NCBI GenBank assembly: GCA_902557575.1
Contig: CACEAR010000001.1
Coordinates: forward strand, 262,685-326,684
Source: an uncultured SAR86 cluster bacterium
GTDB lineage: Bacteria; Pseudomonadota; Gammaproteobacteria; Magnimaribacterales; D2472
Length of the DNA: 64,000 nucleotides
Reading direction: 5' to 3'
Shown: one piece after another, positions 27,472 through 37,853 of the stretch
Position numbering within the stretch: position 1 is the first letter of the stretch
Layout: every line of letters starts with the position of its first letter
Notes under the pieces: model-generated
Databases searched by the model: none
What the model was told of the DNA's origin: nothing
The model's input: the letters and a program-made list of their open reading frames with translations, nothing else
Program-made: the position numbers and the translations under genes

Positions 27472-28727
27472 TGCTTGATGCACCTAAGAATCTTACTAGA
27501 AACGTATTAATTGCAATGTTTTTAGGCGCTTTAATAGGCGCTATCTTATATTATTCGAGTTCTTTTTCAGATGGCATAAAAGATTTTATTTTTGAATATA
27601 TATTTAAACTTGGCGGTGAAATCTTTATAAATCTCTTAAAACTAATGGTAGTCCCATTAGTATTTTTCTCGCTAGTATCGGGTATTGCTTCTCTATCAAG
27701 CTTAAAAAGCTTTGGAAATATTGCTTCTAAAACTATTGCTTTATATTTGCTTACTACAGCGATAGCAGTATCTATTTCGCTTATAGTTGGATCAATTTTT
27801 CAGCCAGGCTCTGGTTATTTAATGGCAGAGAGTGTTGCGCTTAAGGATTTACCAGAAGGTCAGGGAATATATCAAACAATCGTTAATATAGTTCCCGCAA
27901 ACATAATAGATGCAATGGCTAAAAACCAGATGTTAGCCATTGTCTTTTTCAGCATTCTCTTTGGCCTAGCTTTAAATAAAACAAATCACTTAACGGGAAA
28001 CTTATCAGAGTCATTTGAAAAACTTAATACGGTTTTTCTTCAATTAGTATTAATGATAATGAAATTTGCTCCAGTTGGTGTCTTCTGTTTAATTGGAAAG
28101 TTCGTTATCACAGACGGTTTTAATATTTTCCAAGATGTATTCATGTATGTAATTTTATTAATTTCAGTTCTTCTTTTTCATGCCTTTGTTACTTATTCAC
28201 TGATTTTAAGATTTTTCGCTTCCATAAATCCATTTCATTTCTTTTATAAAATGAAAGATGCTGCAATATTTGCTTTTTCTACTTCTTCAAGTGCAGCAAC
28301 AATCCCGGTGACCTTAAAGACGGTTAATCAGGATATGGGTGTTAAAAAAGATATAGCTTCTTTCGTTGTCCCTGTTGGTGCAACTATTAACATGGATGGG
28401 ACTGCAATTATGCAAGGTATGGCAACCGTTTTTATCGCTCAGATTTCAGGGATTGATTTAACTCTAATACAGTATGTCCAAATAGTCTTATTGGCAGTTG
28501 TAACATCGATAGGAACAGCAGCAGTTCCTTCTGCAGGAACTATTACTCTTGTAATAATCCTTCAACAGTTTGGTCTTCCTCTGGAGGCAATTGGAATAAT
28601 ATTAGCTGTCGATAGAATTCTAGATATGATTAGAACATCTGTGAACGTTACAGGTGATGCAACAGTTGCTTGTGTAGTTGCTAAGTCAGAGAATTCTTTT
28701 GACGAAATGGTGTTTAATAAAACATAA
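27471..28727 (+). CDS. dicarboxylate/amino acid:cation symporter (DAACS/GltP family)
   Basis: 418 aa; SSSAATIPV, NMDGTA and AVDRILDMIRTSVNVTGD are DAACS signatures. Confidence 0.85.
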   Translation: MLDAPKNLTRNVLIAMFLGALIGAILYYSSSFSDGIKDFIFEYIFKLGGEIFINLLKLMVVPLVFFSLVSGIASLSSLKSFGNIASKTIALYLLTTAIAVSISLIVGSIFQPGSGYLMAESVALKDLPEGQGIYQTIVNIVPANIIDAMAKNQMLAIVFFSILFGLALNKTNHLTGNLSESFEKLNTVFLQLVLMIMKFAPVGVFCLIGKFVITDGFNIFQDVFMYVILLISVLLFHAFVTYSLILRFFASINPFHFFYKMKDAAIFAFSTSSSAATIPVTLKTVNQDMGVKKDIASFVVPVGATINMDGTAIMQGMATVFIAQISGIDLTLIQYVQIVLLAVVTSIGTAAVPSAGTITLVIILQQFGLPLEAIGIILAVDRILDMIRTSVNVTGDATVACVVAKSENSFDEMVFNKT

Positions 28728-28764
28728 ATTTGATAAAATTCGTTTAAATTTTTCGGAGTAAAAT

Positions 28765-30765
28765 ATGCCAGCATTCATACCACCACTTTTAGGTCTCATA
28801 GGTCTTCTCATCGCCCTAGGAATATTTAGAGTTGTTCTTAGCTATCCAGAAGGAAATCCTGAAGTAAAGAAAATCGGTGACATGATTCATTCAGGCGCAA
28901 TGAGCTTTATGAAAACTGAGTATATGTACTTGGTTGTTTTCGTTCTTGTTTTAGCTGTTTTAGTTTTCTTTGCCCTGGGCTGGGAAACAGCAACTGCAGT
29001 TTTAGTTGGCGCTTCTAGTTCAGCTCTAGCTGGATTTATTGGAATGTATGCCGCAACTAAAGCTAACACCAGAACAGCTGCAGCAGCCCAAGATAGTGGT
29101 GCAGCCGCAGCTTTATCAATTTCTTTTTACGGTGGATCAATTATGGGTCTCTGTGTTGCTTCTTTGGGTCTGCTTGGCTTGGGAGGATTATTTTATTTTC
29201 TAGGAGAGGGTCATTACCTTGAAGGATTTGGAATGGGAGCTTCAGTTGTAGCACTATTCTCAAGGGTTGGTGGAGGAATCTTTACCAAAAGCGCTGATGT
29301 TGGAGCTGACCTTGTTGGAAAAGTCGAAGCAGGAATACCAGAAGATGATCCACGAAATCCAGGAGTAATTGCTGATAACGTTGGAGATAACGTTGGTGAT
29401 GTTGCAGGAATGGGCTCAGATATTTTTGAATCATATTGCGGCTCAATGATCGCAACTATAGCAATTGCTTACACTATGACGGAAGGAAATAATGGTCCTT
29501 TGATGGGCTTACCTCTAGCATTAGCATCTATTGGTTTAATATCATCAATTTTAGGTATCTTAATTGTTAGAGCTCAATCTGCTAAAGCACCTGCTGCAGC
29601 ATTGAGGACTGGAACAATAGGCTCCCCAGTTATTTTTATAGCATTAGCATTTGGGCTAATTACATACTTAGAAATTTCACTAAATGTTTGGTTTTGTGTA
29701 CTTACAGGAGCTGTAGGTGGCGTATTAATTGGACTTATAACTGAATACTATACCGGTAGCACGCCTGTAGAAAAGATTGCAAAATCCGGTGAAACAGGAT
29801 CCGCAACTGTAATGATTTCTGGTCTTTCTGTGGGGATGCAGTCGGTTGTGATTCCTATCTTAATTCTGGCAACAATTATCTTTATTTCTACAACATTATT
29901 TGATTTATATGGTGTAGGTATTGCTGCAGTTGGGATGCTTGCTACAGTTGGCATAACGATGGCAATTGATGCATATGGTCCCGTCGCTGATAATGCTGGT
30001 GGAATTGCAGAGATGTCAGGAATGGGAGAGGATGTTAGGGAAATTACTGATTCTTTAGATGAGCTTGGAAATACAACTGCAGCTATTGGAAAAGGATTTG
30101 CAATAGGCGCAGCTGCCTTGGCTGCATTAGCTATAATCGCTGCTTTTGTTCAAGTAGTCGGTGTAAATAATGATGGATTCCAGTTGATTTTATCTGATCC
30201 AATAGTCCTAGTAGGAATGTTTATTGGAGGCTCAATTCCATTTTTAGTTTCCTCAATTACAATGACTGCCGTAGGCGATGCAGCATTTGAGATGATCAAT
30301 GAGATAAGAAGACAATTTAGAGAGATTCCAGGGATTCTAGAAGGCACAGGAGAACCAGATACTGATAAATGCGTTGAGATTGCTACAAGAGCAGCACTTC
30401 AGAGAATGTTATTACCTGGAGTTATTGCAGTTTCAATGCCTCCATTAGTTGGTTTCTTATTAGGAGCAAAAGCTCTTGGCGGAATGTTAGCTGGCGGATT
30501 ACTTGGTTGCGTTCTTCTTGCCTTAATGATGGCTAATGCTGGAGGCGCTTGGGATAATGCTAAGAAATACATTGAGAAAGGAAATCTTGGTGGAAAAGGC
30601 TCAGATACTCATGCTGCTGCAGTTGTCGGAGATACAGTTGGAGATCCATTTAAAGATACTTCAGGACCTGCGATGAATATTCTAATTAATGTTATGGCAA
30701 TTGTAAGTTTAGTTATTGCTGGCCTTCTTCCAGTTGATGGCTTAATAGTTACCTTATTTAATTAA
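28765..30765 (+). CDS. hppA: membrane-bound ion-translocating pyrophosphatase (K+-dependent-type signature)
   Basis: 666 aa; [46 protein letters not shown], and [14 protein letters not shown]. Confidence 0.95.
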   Translation: MPAFIPPLLGLIGLLIALGIFRVVLSYPEGNPEVKKIGDMIHSGAMSFMKTEYMYLVVFVLVLAVLVFFALGWETATAVLVGASSSALAGFIGMYAATKANTRTAAAAQDSGAAAALSISFYGGSIMGLCVASLGLLGLGGLFYFLGEGHYLEGFGMGASVVALFSRVGGGIFTKSADVGADLVGKVEAGIPEDDPRNPGVIADNVGDNVGDVAGMGSDIFESYCGSMIATIAIAYTMTEGNNGPLMGLPLALASIGLISSILGILIVRAQSAKAPAAALRTGTIGSPVIFIALAFGLITYLEISLNVWFCVLTGAVGGVLIGLITEYYTGSTPVEKIAKSGETGSATVMISGLSVGMQSVVIPILILATIIFISTTLFDLYGVGIAAVGMLATVGITMAIDAYGPVADNAGGIAEMSGMGEDVREITDSLDELGNTTAAIGKGFAIGAAALAALAIIAAFVQVVGVNNDGFQLILSDPIVLVGMFIGGSIPFLVSSITMTAVGDAAFEMINEIRRQFREIPGILEGTGEPDTDKCVEIATRAALQRMLLPGVIAVSMPPLVGFLLGAKALGGMLAGGLLGCVLLALMMANAGGAWDNAKKYIEKGNLGGKGSDTHAAAVVGDTVGDPFKDTSGPAMNILINVMAIVSLVIAGLLPVDGLIVTLFN

Positions 30766-30791
30766 GCTAACTAAACAAATACAATATACAT

Positions 30792-31640
30792 ATGCTTAGA
30801 AGTATGACCGCATATGTTTCCAATAACCATATCTATAAAGGTTGTTCTATATCCTGTGATATTAAGTCAGTTAACGGCAAATATTTAGATATTAATTTCA
30901 AATCAAACTTCATTTTGCCAGAAGTTGAGCTAGTCATTAGAGAGTTAATATCAAAGAAAGTTCAAAGAGGTAATTTAGAAATTAACTTTAATGCAGAGAC
31001 TATTGCTCAGCCCTCGTTCGCACTCAATAAAAAACTTATTAAGGAAATTAAAGAGGAATTAAATAAATCTGATTTGGACATTAAGAACCTCAATTTCTCA
31101 GACATAAAAGATATTCCAAACATCTTTATAGATAAAAAGAAAGCAGCTTTTTCAGAAAACATTATTAAAAAAGTTTTTAAAGATGCATTAAAAGCCCTAA
31201 TTGAAAATAAGGAGATAGAGGGTCAAAAAATTAAAAAAACCTTCACCGATAGAATAAAAAGAATGCATAAGAATTTAAAATTTCTTGCTAATGAAGTTGA
31301 GAAGAACAAACTTAAAAGAAAAAAAAATATTTTAAATAAACTTAATTCATCTAAACTTAGCGCATCGGATGAATCTGTTTCAAATGAAGTAGTCAATCAA
31401 ATAATCAAATCTGATATATCAGAAGAGATTGATAGGTTAGATTTCCATAAATCCTCTTTGTTAGAAGAGTTAGCATCAAAAAAAGCTAAAGGAAAGAAAA
31501 TAGATTTTATTCTTTTGGAAATGCTGCGCGAAGTGAATACAATTCTTGCTAAGGTTACATTTAGCAAAGAAAAGAAGTATGCCTTAGGTATTAAGATATA
31601 CATTGAAGAAATGAGAGAGCAGGTTAGCAATGTCGAGTGA
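30792..31640 (+). CDS. yicC: YicC-family stress-induced protein/endoribonuclease
   Basis: MLRSMTAY start (E. coli MIRSMTAY), a central coiled region, and a C-terminal DUF1732-like block (EMLREVNTI...[11 protein letters not shown]). Confidence 0.8.
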   Translation: MLRSMTAYVSNNHIYKGCSISCDIKSVNGKYLDINFKSNFILPEVELVIRELISKKVQRGNLEINFNAETIAQPSFALNKKLIKEIKEELNKSDLDIKNLNFSDIKDIPNIFIDKKKAAFSENIIKKVFKDALKALIENKEIEGQKIKKTFTDRIKRMHKNLKFLANEVEKNKLKRKKNILNKLNSSKLSASDESVSNEVVNQIIKSDISEEIDRLDFHKSSLLEELASKKAKGKKIDFILLEMLREVNTILAKVTFSKEKKYALGIKIYIEEMREQVSNVE

Positions 31641-32259
31641 TAAAGGGCAACTCATAGTTATTTCAGCCCCCTCAGGAGCTGGAAAAACATCCATTATTAA
31701 GAATGTTATAAAAAAACTAAATGATGAAAATAGAAAATCAAAGTTTTCTGTTTCTCATACAACGAGATTACCGAGAGAAGGTGATATTGATGGCAGCGAT
31801 TATTTTTTTGTATCAAATGAAATATTTGATGAGCTTTATGAAGCTGGAAACTTTATAGAGACCGCAGAGGTTCATGATTATAAATACGGAACATCAAAAG
31901 ACTTTATTGATGAGAATATAAACCAAGGCATAAATGTCTTTCTTGAAATAGATGTACAGGGGTTTCAAAAACTTCGAAATAGAGATATTGAATTTAGATC
32001 AATGTTTATATTGCCTCCATCAATTGAAGAGCTAAGAAAAAGAATTCAAAAAAGAGGTCTTGATTCCGAGGATGTTATTGAAAAAAGGATGAAAAATGCA
32101 TTAAAAGAGTTGAGCGAAGCAGAAGAATATGATTATTTAGTTATAAATGATGTTTTTGAAAATGCCATTGAAGAATTGCTTGAAATAGTCATAAATATGG
32201 ATTTTAAAGACCATACACATGATAAAAAACTAAAGATATTGCAAGATTTGTTGTCTTAA
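31630..32259 (+). CDS. gmk: guanylate kinase
   Basis: P-loop [11 protein letters not shown], then [21 protein letters not shown]. Confidence 0.95.
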   Translation: MSSDKGQLIVISAPSGAGKTSIIKNVIKKLNDENRKSKFSVSHTTRLPREGDIDGSDYFFVSNEIFDELYEAGNFIETAEVHDYKYGTSKDFIDENINQGINVFLEIDVQGFQKLRNRDIEFRSMFILPPSIEELRKRIQKRGLDSEDVIEKRMKNALKELSEAEEYDYLVINDVFENAIEELLEIVINMDFKDHTHDKKLKILQDLLS

Positions 32260-32300
32260 AAGGCTATTTGCAATTAAAATACGCTTCTAGGAGAAAATAT

Positions 32301-32570
32301 ATGGCAAGAATAACAGTAGAAAAGTGCTTAGAGCATGTACCAAGTAGGTTTGATTTAATACTTTTGGCATCCGGTAGAGCTAGACAGCTTTCAACTACCA
32401 GCAGGGAGCCAATGGTTGAAGAAAAAAATGATAAAAATACACTTATAGCTCTTAGAGAAATTGAAGAGGGCTTAATAGATGCAGAAACTCTAGAGAAAAC
32501 TCTTGAAGAAGATGTGCTGCTAGACCAATTCTCCACTTCAAAACCTAAAGAGTCAGACATAATTGGATAA
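32301..32570 (+). CDS. rpoZ: DNA-directed RNA polymerase omega subunit
   Basis: [31 protein letters not shown] chose ATG 32301 (AGGAG SD upstream) over the track start at 32268. Confidence 0.9.
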   Translation: MARITVEKCLEHVPSRFDLILLASGRARQLSTTSREPMVEEKNDKNTLIALREIEEGLIDAETLEKTLEEDVLLDQFSTSKPKESDIIG

Positions 32571-32588
32571 ACTTTTTGGAGAACTATT

Positions 32589-34778
32589 TTGAGTGAAAGA
32601 GTTCTCCAAGGTCATCATTTAGATACAAATTTTAAATCTGAGGAACTTCTTCGTTTCCCAAATGACTTATACACCCAACTAAAAAAAGACTTTCCTCGTA
32701 AACAAGTTAATCTGATGAGGCAAGCTTATACTTTTGCCTCCAAAGCTCATGATGGCCAAGAAAGAATGGATGGTAAACCATACATTAGTCATCCGCTAGA
32801 AGTTGCAAGGATATTAGTCGAGATGAATATGGATGTGGATTCAATTTGCGCAGGTCTCATGCATGATGTCCTCGAAGATTGCAATATTGAAAAAAGAAAT
32901 ATTGATAAAATATTTGGCAAAGACGTATCAGAAATAGTTGATGGCGTTAGCAAAATTGGGAAACTAGATTTCCAATCCAAAGCTGAGAGGAATATAAACA
33001 GCTTCCAGAAAATGGCTCTAGCCATGGCAAAAGATGTTCGCGTCATTGTAGTGAAGCTCGCTGATAGGCTTCATAACATGAGAACGATTGATTTTCTCCC
33101 TAGAAATAAACAAATAAGAGTCGCAAAGGAAACTCTTGAAATATATGGACCTATTGCGCTTCGAATTGGGATGCAGAAAGTCCGAGCTGAGCTAGAAGAT
33201 TTAGCATTTGATTGCTTGCACCCTCTCAGAGCTGAGATGCTAAGATCAGCAATAAAGAAATCCAGCGGTGGAAGAAAAAAAATTGTTTACAAGATTAGAA
33301 AAGAAATAAAAAGTCATTTGAAGTCTAATCAAATTATGTCAACAGTAAAAGGCAGAGAAAAAAATCTATTTAGCATATATAGAAAGATCAAAACTAAACA
33401 TAAACCATTTTCAGAGGTTTTAGATGTTTATGGATTTAGGATTATTGTCAATTCTGTCGAGGATTGCTACAAGTCACTTGGCTTGATACATAATTACTAC
33501 AAACCAATTGAACAAAGATTTAAAGATTATATAGCGATTCCTAAATCGAACGGATATCAAGCACTGCACACAACATTATTAGCTCTTGATTCGATACCAA
33601 TCGAAATACAAATACAAACTAAAAGCATGGAGCTTATTGCAGAAAATGGTATTTGTGCGCATGCAAATTATAAGAATGAGGATATAAATGATAGCTCCTT
33701 TCACATTAGAAATTGGATGGAAAGTTTGCAAGATCTTCATGAAAAGTCTCCTAGTACAGAGGATTTTGTTGAGTCAATTAAAACAGACCTTTTCTCTGAT
33801 GAGGTTTATGTTTTTTCTCCTAAAGGACAGATTTTTAATCTTAAGACTGGTTCAACTCCTGTAGATTTTGCTTATGAAGTTCATACTGATATCGGTAACA
33901 GTCTTGTTGGTTGTAAGATAAATAGAAAGTATGCACCTTTAAATGTTCAGCTAGAAAGTGGACAAACTGTAGAAATAGAAACAGATAAAAAAGCGATTGT
34001 AGATCCAGGCTGGCTTAATTTTGTTGTAAGCAGTAAAGCTAGGACTGCAATACGAGCACAGCTAAGGCATCAAAAAACGTCATCTGCACGAAAAGCTGGG
34101 AAATTGCTCTTAGAAAGTGAGTTAAAAAGATCTGGTAAAGCATTAAAAGAATACAGAGGAGGTATTCTTAAGAGTATTTTGCAAAGAACAGGTGTCAGAT
34201 CATTGAATCAGCTGCTAACAGATATTGGACTAGGTAAGAAAACAAGCACTATCGTTGCAGAGAGATTTTATGATGGCCTTCAAATCAGGAAAGATAAAAA
34301 GAACATAGTTAAATCTTTTGAACTAAAAAATAATAAGATCGATGGTTTAAGTGTGACTTATGGAAAATGTTGTATGCCAATAGAGGGAGATTCAATAGTT
34401 GCACATTCTGATACAGAGAGAGGTATTGTAATTCACCACTCAAGATGTAATGAAGTTACTCCTTATAAACAAAACAAAGAAAGGTATATACCTTCTTTTT
34501 GGTCAAAAAATAATAAGAAACAAGTAAGACCATGTCATATTAAGGTGCTTAGTGAGAGTGGCCCAGGAGTTCTAGCAGATATTGCATCAACTTTTACAAA
34601 ATCTGATATAAATATAATCTCAGTTGTTTCTAAGTCAGCAGGAAGCAAACTCACAGAATTTAGTTTTGATATTGAAATATATGACTTAGAAGAGCTTAAG
34701 AAAGTAATGCGAAAAGTAAGATCAATGAAAATTGTTTCAAGCTGTGTTCGAGATATCAATGAAGCTAAGAAAAAATAA
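32589..34778 (+). CDS. spoT: bifunctional (p)ppGpp synthetase/hydrolase
   Basis: HD hydrolase domain (HPLEVA, HDVLED), RelA/SpoT synthetase block (YRKIKTKHKPF...DVYGFRIIV, GYQALHT), and TGS and ACT domains. TTG start in the track. Forms a gmk-rpoZ-spoT operon. Confidence 0.9.
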   Translation: MSERVLQGHHLDTNFKSEELLRFPNDLYTQLKKDFPRKQVNLMRQAYTFASKAHDGQERMDGKPYISHPLEVARILVEMNMDVDSICAGLMHDVLEDCNIEKRNIDKIFGKDVSEIVDGVSKIGKLDFQSKAERNINSFQKMALAMAKDVRVIVVKLADRLHNMRTIDFLPRNKQIRVAKETLEIYGPIALRIGMQKVRAELEDLAFDCLHPLRAEMLRSAIKKSSGGRKKIVYKIRKEIKSHLKSNQIMSTVKGREKNLFSIYRKIKTKHKPFSEVLDVYGFRIIVNSVEDCYKSLGLIHNYYKPIEQRFKDYIAIPKSNGYQALHTTLLALDSIPIEIQIQTKSMELIAENGICAHANYKNEDINDSSFHIRNWMESLQDLHEKSPSTEDFVESIKTDLFSDEVYVFSPKGQIFNLKTGSTPVDFAYEVHTDIGNSLVGCKINRKYAPLNVQLESGQTVEIETDKKAIVDPGWLNFVVSSKARTAIRAQLRHQKTSSARKAGKLLLESELKRSGKALKEYRGGILKSILQRTGVRSLNQLLTDIGLGKKTSTIVAERFYDGLQIRKDKKNIVKSFELKNNKIDGLSVTYGKCCMPIEGDSIVAHSDTERGIVIHHSRCNEVTPYKQNKERYIPSFWSKNNKKQVRPCHIKVLSESGPGVLADIASTFTKSDINIISVVSKSAGSKLTEFSFDIEIYDLEELKKVMRKVRSMKIVSSCVRDINEAKKK

Positions 34779-34845
34779 TCTAAAAATTTATTTTTTCATA
34801 TGTTTTATATTTCCTTTACAATGCATAAATTCTTTGGAGTCGACT

Positions 34846-35229
34846 ATGTCAAAAGAACCTATTCAAACTAACAAAGCGCCAGAGGCAATTGGAGCTTATT
34901 CTCAAGCAATTAAATCAGGAGACCTGCTATTTATATCTGGTCAGATCCCTTTAAATCCAGAAACTATGGAAGTTGAAGATTCATCATTTGAGGAATCTGC
35001 CTACAGAGTGATATCTAATTTAGAAAATATATGCAAAGAGGCGGGCGCAAGTCTTGATGATATTGTTAAGTTAAATATTTATCTTTTAGATTTAGGTAAC
35101 TTTGCATCTTTGAACAAGATTATGGAAGAAAAATTTTCTCGACCATTTCCTGCAAGAGCAACAGTAGAGGTTGCTGGATTACCAAAGGATGTAATGATTG
35201 AAATGGATGCAATAGTTAGCCTTAAATAA
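34846..35229 (+). CDS. ridA: RidA/YjgF-family reactive-intermediate deaminase
   Basis: MSKEPIQTNKAPEAIGAYSQAIKSGDLLFISGQIPL...ARATVEVAGLPKDVMIEMDAI. I chose ATG 34846 (GGAG SD), because the track start at 34732 lies inside spoT. Confidence 0.85.
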   Translation: MSKEPIQTNKAPEAIGAYSQAIKSGDLLFISGQIPLNPETMEVEDSSFEESAYRVISNLENICKEAGASLDDIVKLNIYLLDLGNFASLNKIMEEKFSRPFPARATVEVAGLPKDVMIEMDAIVSLK

Positions 35230-36128
35230 TGAGACACTTAACGTCACTCAAGGAATTATCAAAAGATGAAATCCTTGAACTATTAGATTTAGCAGATAAT
35301 TTTATTGATTCAGAAGGTTCCATCAGAAGAGACCCACTTTTTCCAGATAAGAAAGTTGTTAATATTTTTTGCGAGCCAAGCACTCGAACTAAAATCTCAT
35401 TTGAGATAGCTGCTTCTAATCTAGGATGTCAAATAATTGATTTTGATTTGAGCTCTTCTTCTCTAGAAAAAGGCGAGACCCTCAAAGATACCATTGATAA
35501 TTTAGCAAAGATGAACATTAATCTTTGCGTCTTAAGGCATAAAGACTCAGTTATTCATGAATTAATAGATCAAACAGATTCTATGGTTTTTGTAAGCGGA
35601 GGAGAAGGTTCTATTTCCCATCCATCCCAAGGACTTTTAGACATTATGACAGTAAGGCATAGGAAGGATTTGGATAATTCAAATATTTTGATTGTTGGCG
35701 ACTTGGATCATTCAAGAGTTTTTCAGTCTTTCATTGATGGGATGACTAACTTTGATTCTAAAATTACTTTATGTGGGCCTAAAGAGCTGTGCAAAGATGT
35801 TATAGATTACTCTAATCTTAATTATGAGGAAGATCTTAACAAAGCACTAAAAGGTCAGGATGTTGTAATGGCTCTTAGGATTCAGCATGAAAGATTTGAA
35901 GACAAGAAAAACCTTGATAAGGAAAGCTATCTTAGTAACTATCAAATTAATAATGAAAAATTACAGATTGCTAATGATGATTGCATAGTCATGCATCCTG
36001 GACCTGTAAATCAAGGTATTGAGATCTCAGAGGATGTTTATAATTCAGCTAACTCTGTAATATTAGATCAAGTAGCTAATGGCGTCGCTATGAGAATGGC
36101 TATCTTAATAAAGTACCTTTCTCAGTAG
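35229..36128 (+). CDS. pyrB: aspartate carbamoyltransferase catalytic subunit
   Basis: STRTKISFE, HPSQGLLD and HPGPVN motifs. No pyrI is adjacent. Confidence 0.9.
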   Translation: MRHLTSLKELSKDEILELLDLADNFIDSEGSIRRDPLFPDKKVVNIFCEPSTRTKISFEIAASNLGCQIIDFDLSSSSLEKGETLKDTIDNLAKMNINLCVLRHKDSVIHELIDQTDSMVFVSGGEGSISHPSQGLLDIMTVRHRKDLDNSNILIVGDLDHSRVFQSFIDGMTNFDSKITLCGPKELCKDVIDYSNLNYEEDLNKALKGQDVVMALRIQHERFEDKKNLDKESYLSNYQINNEKLQIANDDCIVMHPGPVNQGIEISEDVYNSANSVILDQVANGVAMRMAILIKYLSQ

Positions 36129-36620
36129 TTAACTTGCAAATCCCATAGCATTAAGTTTTTGAATAATTCTAGAGATTTCATCTTTTAAGATAGATTTATC
36201 TTCTTCATTTAAAAAACTTCCAACTATTATTTCTTTACCTTTTGATCGAAAACTTAAATCATCATCTTTGGAGTCATTTTTTGTTACATTGAAGGTTGCA
36301 AAAGATCTAAATTCTTTCCATGTAAAAAATTCCTTTAAACCATCAACTCTCACTTCCACATGCTCCTTGGATAAGATAATTATTTGTTTTTGGTTACTCC
36401 AATTGAAGCTAAGCCTAAAAGCTAAATATACTAAAATAATTTCTAATCCTGCAAAAGGTAAAATCATTGTCCCTCCAGCAAGAAAGAAACCGATACCAAT
36501 TACACTACAAATAAAGAAAATACTTCCAAGAAAGAAAACCCTTGCTGCTCCCGTAAGTGAGCTGTTAGGTTTTAAAAGGATTTCAAATTTCGTTGCTTCT
36601 AATTCTTTAACTTTTACCAT
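36129..36620 (-). CDS. hypothetical membrane protein (DUF2244-like)
   Basis: 163 aa with two adjacent TM helices followed by a soluble tail. The pattern NSSLTGAARVFFLG...LPFAGLEIILVYLAFRLSF resembles DUF2244. Tentative. Confidence 0.45.
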   Translation of the reverse strand: MVKVKELEATKFEILLKPNSSLTGAARVFFLGSIFFICSVIGIGFFLAGGTMILPFAGLEIILVYLAFRLSFNWSNQKQIIILSKEHVEVRVDGLKEFFTWKEFRSFATFNVTKNDSKDDDLSFRSKGKEIIVGSFLNEEDKSILKDEISRIIQKLNAMGFAS

Positions 36621-37215
36621 CTAAATATTTTTTTACTGTATCAGCAATCACTATTGTGTTTTGATCAAGCTCAACATTAACAATGCTATTTTGTTGAAGC
36701 TGAAAAAGATTTGTTATTGAAAGAGTTTCAGGAATTAAATGAATCATAAAAGATTCTTTAGAAATTTCTCCCACAGTAAGACTACAACCATTAATAGCAA
36801 CATAACCCTTATGCAGAATATAATCCTGCATGAAAGGCTCAACAGAGAATTCAACATCCCAGCTTTCATCTCTCATATCTATAGAAATAACTTTTGAAGT
36901 CCCATGAATATGTCCCGATACAAGATGGCCACCTATTTCATCTCCCATCTTCAATGATCTCTCAAGATTTACGTTGTCGCCAGCATTTATCTTTTGAAAG
37001 TTTGTTCTCTTTATTGTTTCCTCAACAAGGTCAAATCTCAATACTTCTGGATTTGCATCTTTGACAGTTAAACATACTCCGTTTACAGAAACACTTGCAC
37101 CTTTTTTAAGACCAGAAATAAACTCAGACGAAGAATCTATAGAAAGGTTATAGATATCTTTTTCTTTTAGAAACTCTATTACTTTTCCAGTTTCCTGGAC
37201 AATACCTGAAAACAT
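36607..37215 (-). CDS. ribE: riboflavin synthase (alpha chain)
   Basis: MFSGIVQETGKV start (ATG 37215, TAATG overlap with pyrE). Two lumazine-binding repeats (GASVSVNGVCLTV, GYVAINGCSLTV). Confidence 0.9.
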   Translation of the reverse strand: MFSGIVQETGKVIEFLKEKDIYNLSIDSSSEFISGLKKGASVSVNGVCLTVKDANPEVLRFDLVEETIKRTNFQKINAGDNVNLERSLKMGDEIGGHLVSGHIHGTSKVISIDMRDESWDVEFSVEPFMQDYILHKGYVAINGCSLTVGEISKESFMIHLIPETLSITNLFQLQQNSIVNVELDQNTIVIADTVKKYLDGKS

Positions 37216-37853
37216 TAGGCACCCCAATTATTTCTATATTCTTCAAGATCACTTTTGAACTCCTTGAAGTTTGGATCATCGCTTACAAAGCTTATTAAAA
37301 GATCTAGGTTTACTATTGATGAAACAATAAGTTTGAAATCATTCTCTAGCTCAGCTTTTGCAGAAATATTTGATGAGCCTTTTTCTTGTCGATCTAGACC
37401 TACTAGCATAATTTTTGGATTGGCGCCTATAGACTTTATTTTCTCAATTGATTCTCTAGCTGCTGTTCCAGCAGAAATAACATCATCTATGATGAGAACG
37501 TTACCTGAAGGAAGCTGGCCAATAATATCACCACCCTCACCATGATCCTTCTCTTCTTTTCTGTTGAAAGATACAGGAATATCAAGATCAGATTTTCCTA
37601 TTCTTGCACCAATAATTGATGCTAAAAAGATACCTTTGTATGCAGGACCATAAATACTATCGAAAGAAACATCTAAATCTTGAAGAGTTTTTGTATAGCA
37701 TTCCGAAAGGTCAGCTAGAAACTTAGTATTTAACATTTTTGCTGCATTGAAGAAGTAGGGACTATTTCTTCCTGATTTGAGAGTGAAATCACCAAAAATT
37801 AATGCCTCAGCATTTAAAGCAAGTCTAATAAATTTCTCTTGATAATCCTTCAC
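37215..37853 (-). CDS. pyrE: orotate phosphoribosyltransferase
   Basis: PRPP-binding motif VLIIDDVISAGTA, FTLKSGRNSPYFFN, downstream of rph. Confidence 0.9.
   Translation of the reverse strand: MKDYQEKFIRLALNAEALIFGDFTLKSGRNSPYFFNAAKMLNTKFLADLSECYTKTLQDLDVSFDSIYGPAYKGIFLASIIGARIGKSDLDIPVSFNRKEEKDHGEGGDIIGQLPSGNVLIIDDVISAGTAARESIEKIKSIGANPKIMLVGLDRQEKGSSNISAKAELENDFKLIVSSIVNLDLLISFVSDDPNFKEFKSDLEEYRNNWGA

Noticed and set aside
36268-36624. Long antisense or alternative-frame ORFs in the track. Examples are 36268..36624, 32264..32560, 38736..39047, 46247..46558, 46771..47106, 39820..40116, 10134..10433, 10052..10339, 6081..6365, 6417..6686, 40344..40583, 51166..51393 and 16490..16699.
   Set aside because: Each lies entirely within a confidently identified gene on the other strand or in another frame. 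They have low-complexity, Ser/Leu/Phe/Ile-rich translations typical of shadow ORFs in AT-rich DNA, no SD, and no recognisable motif.
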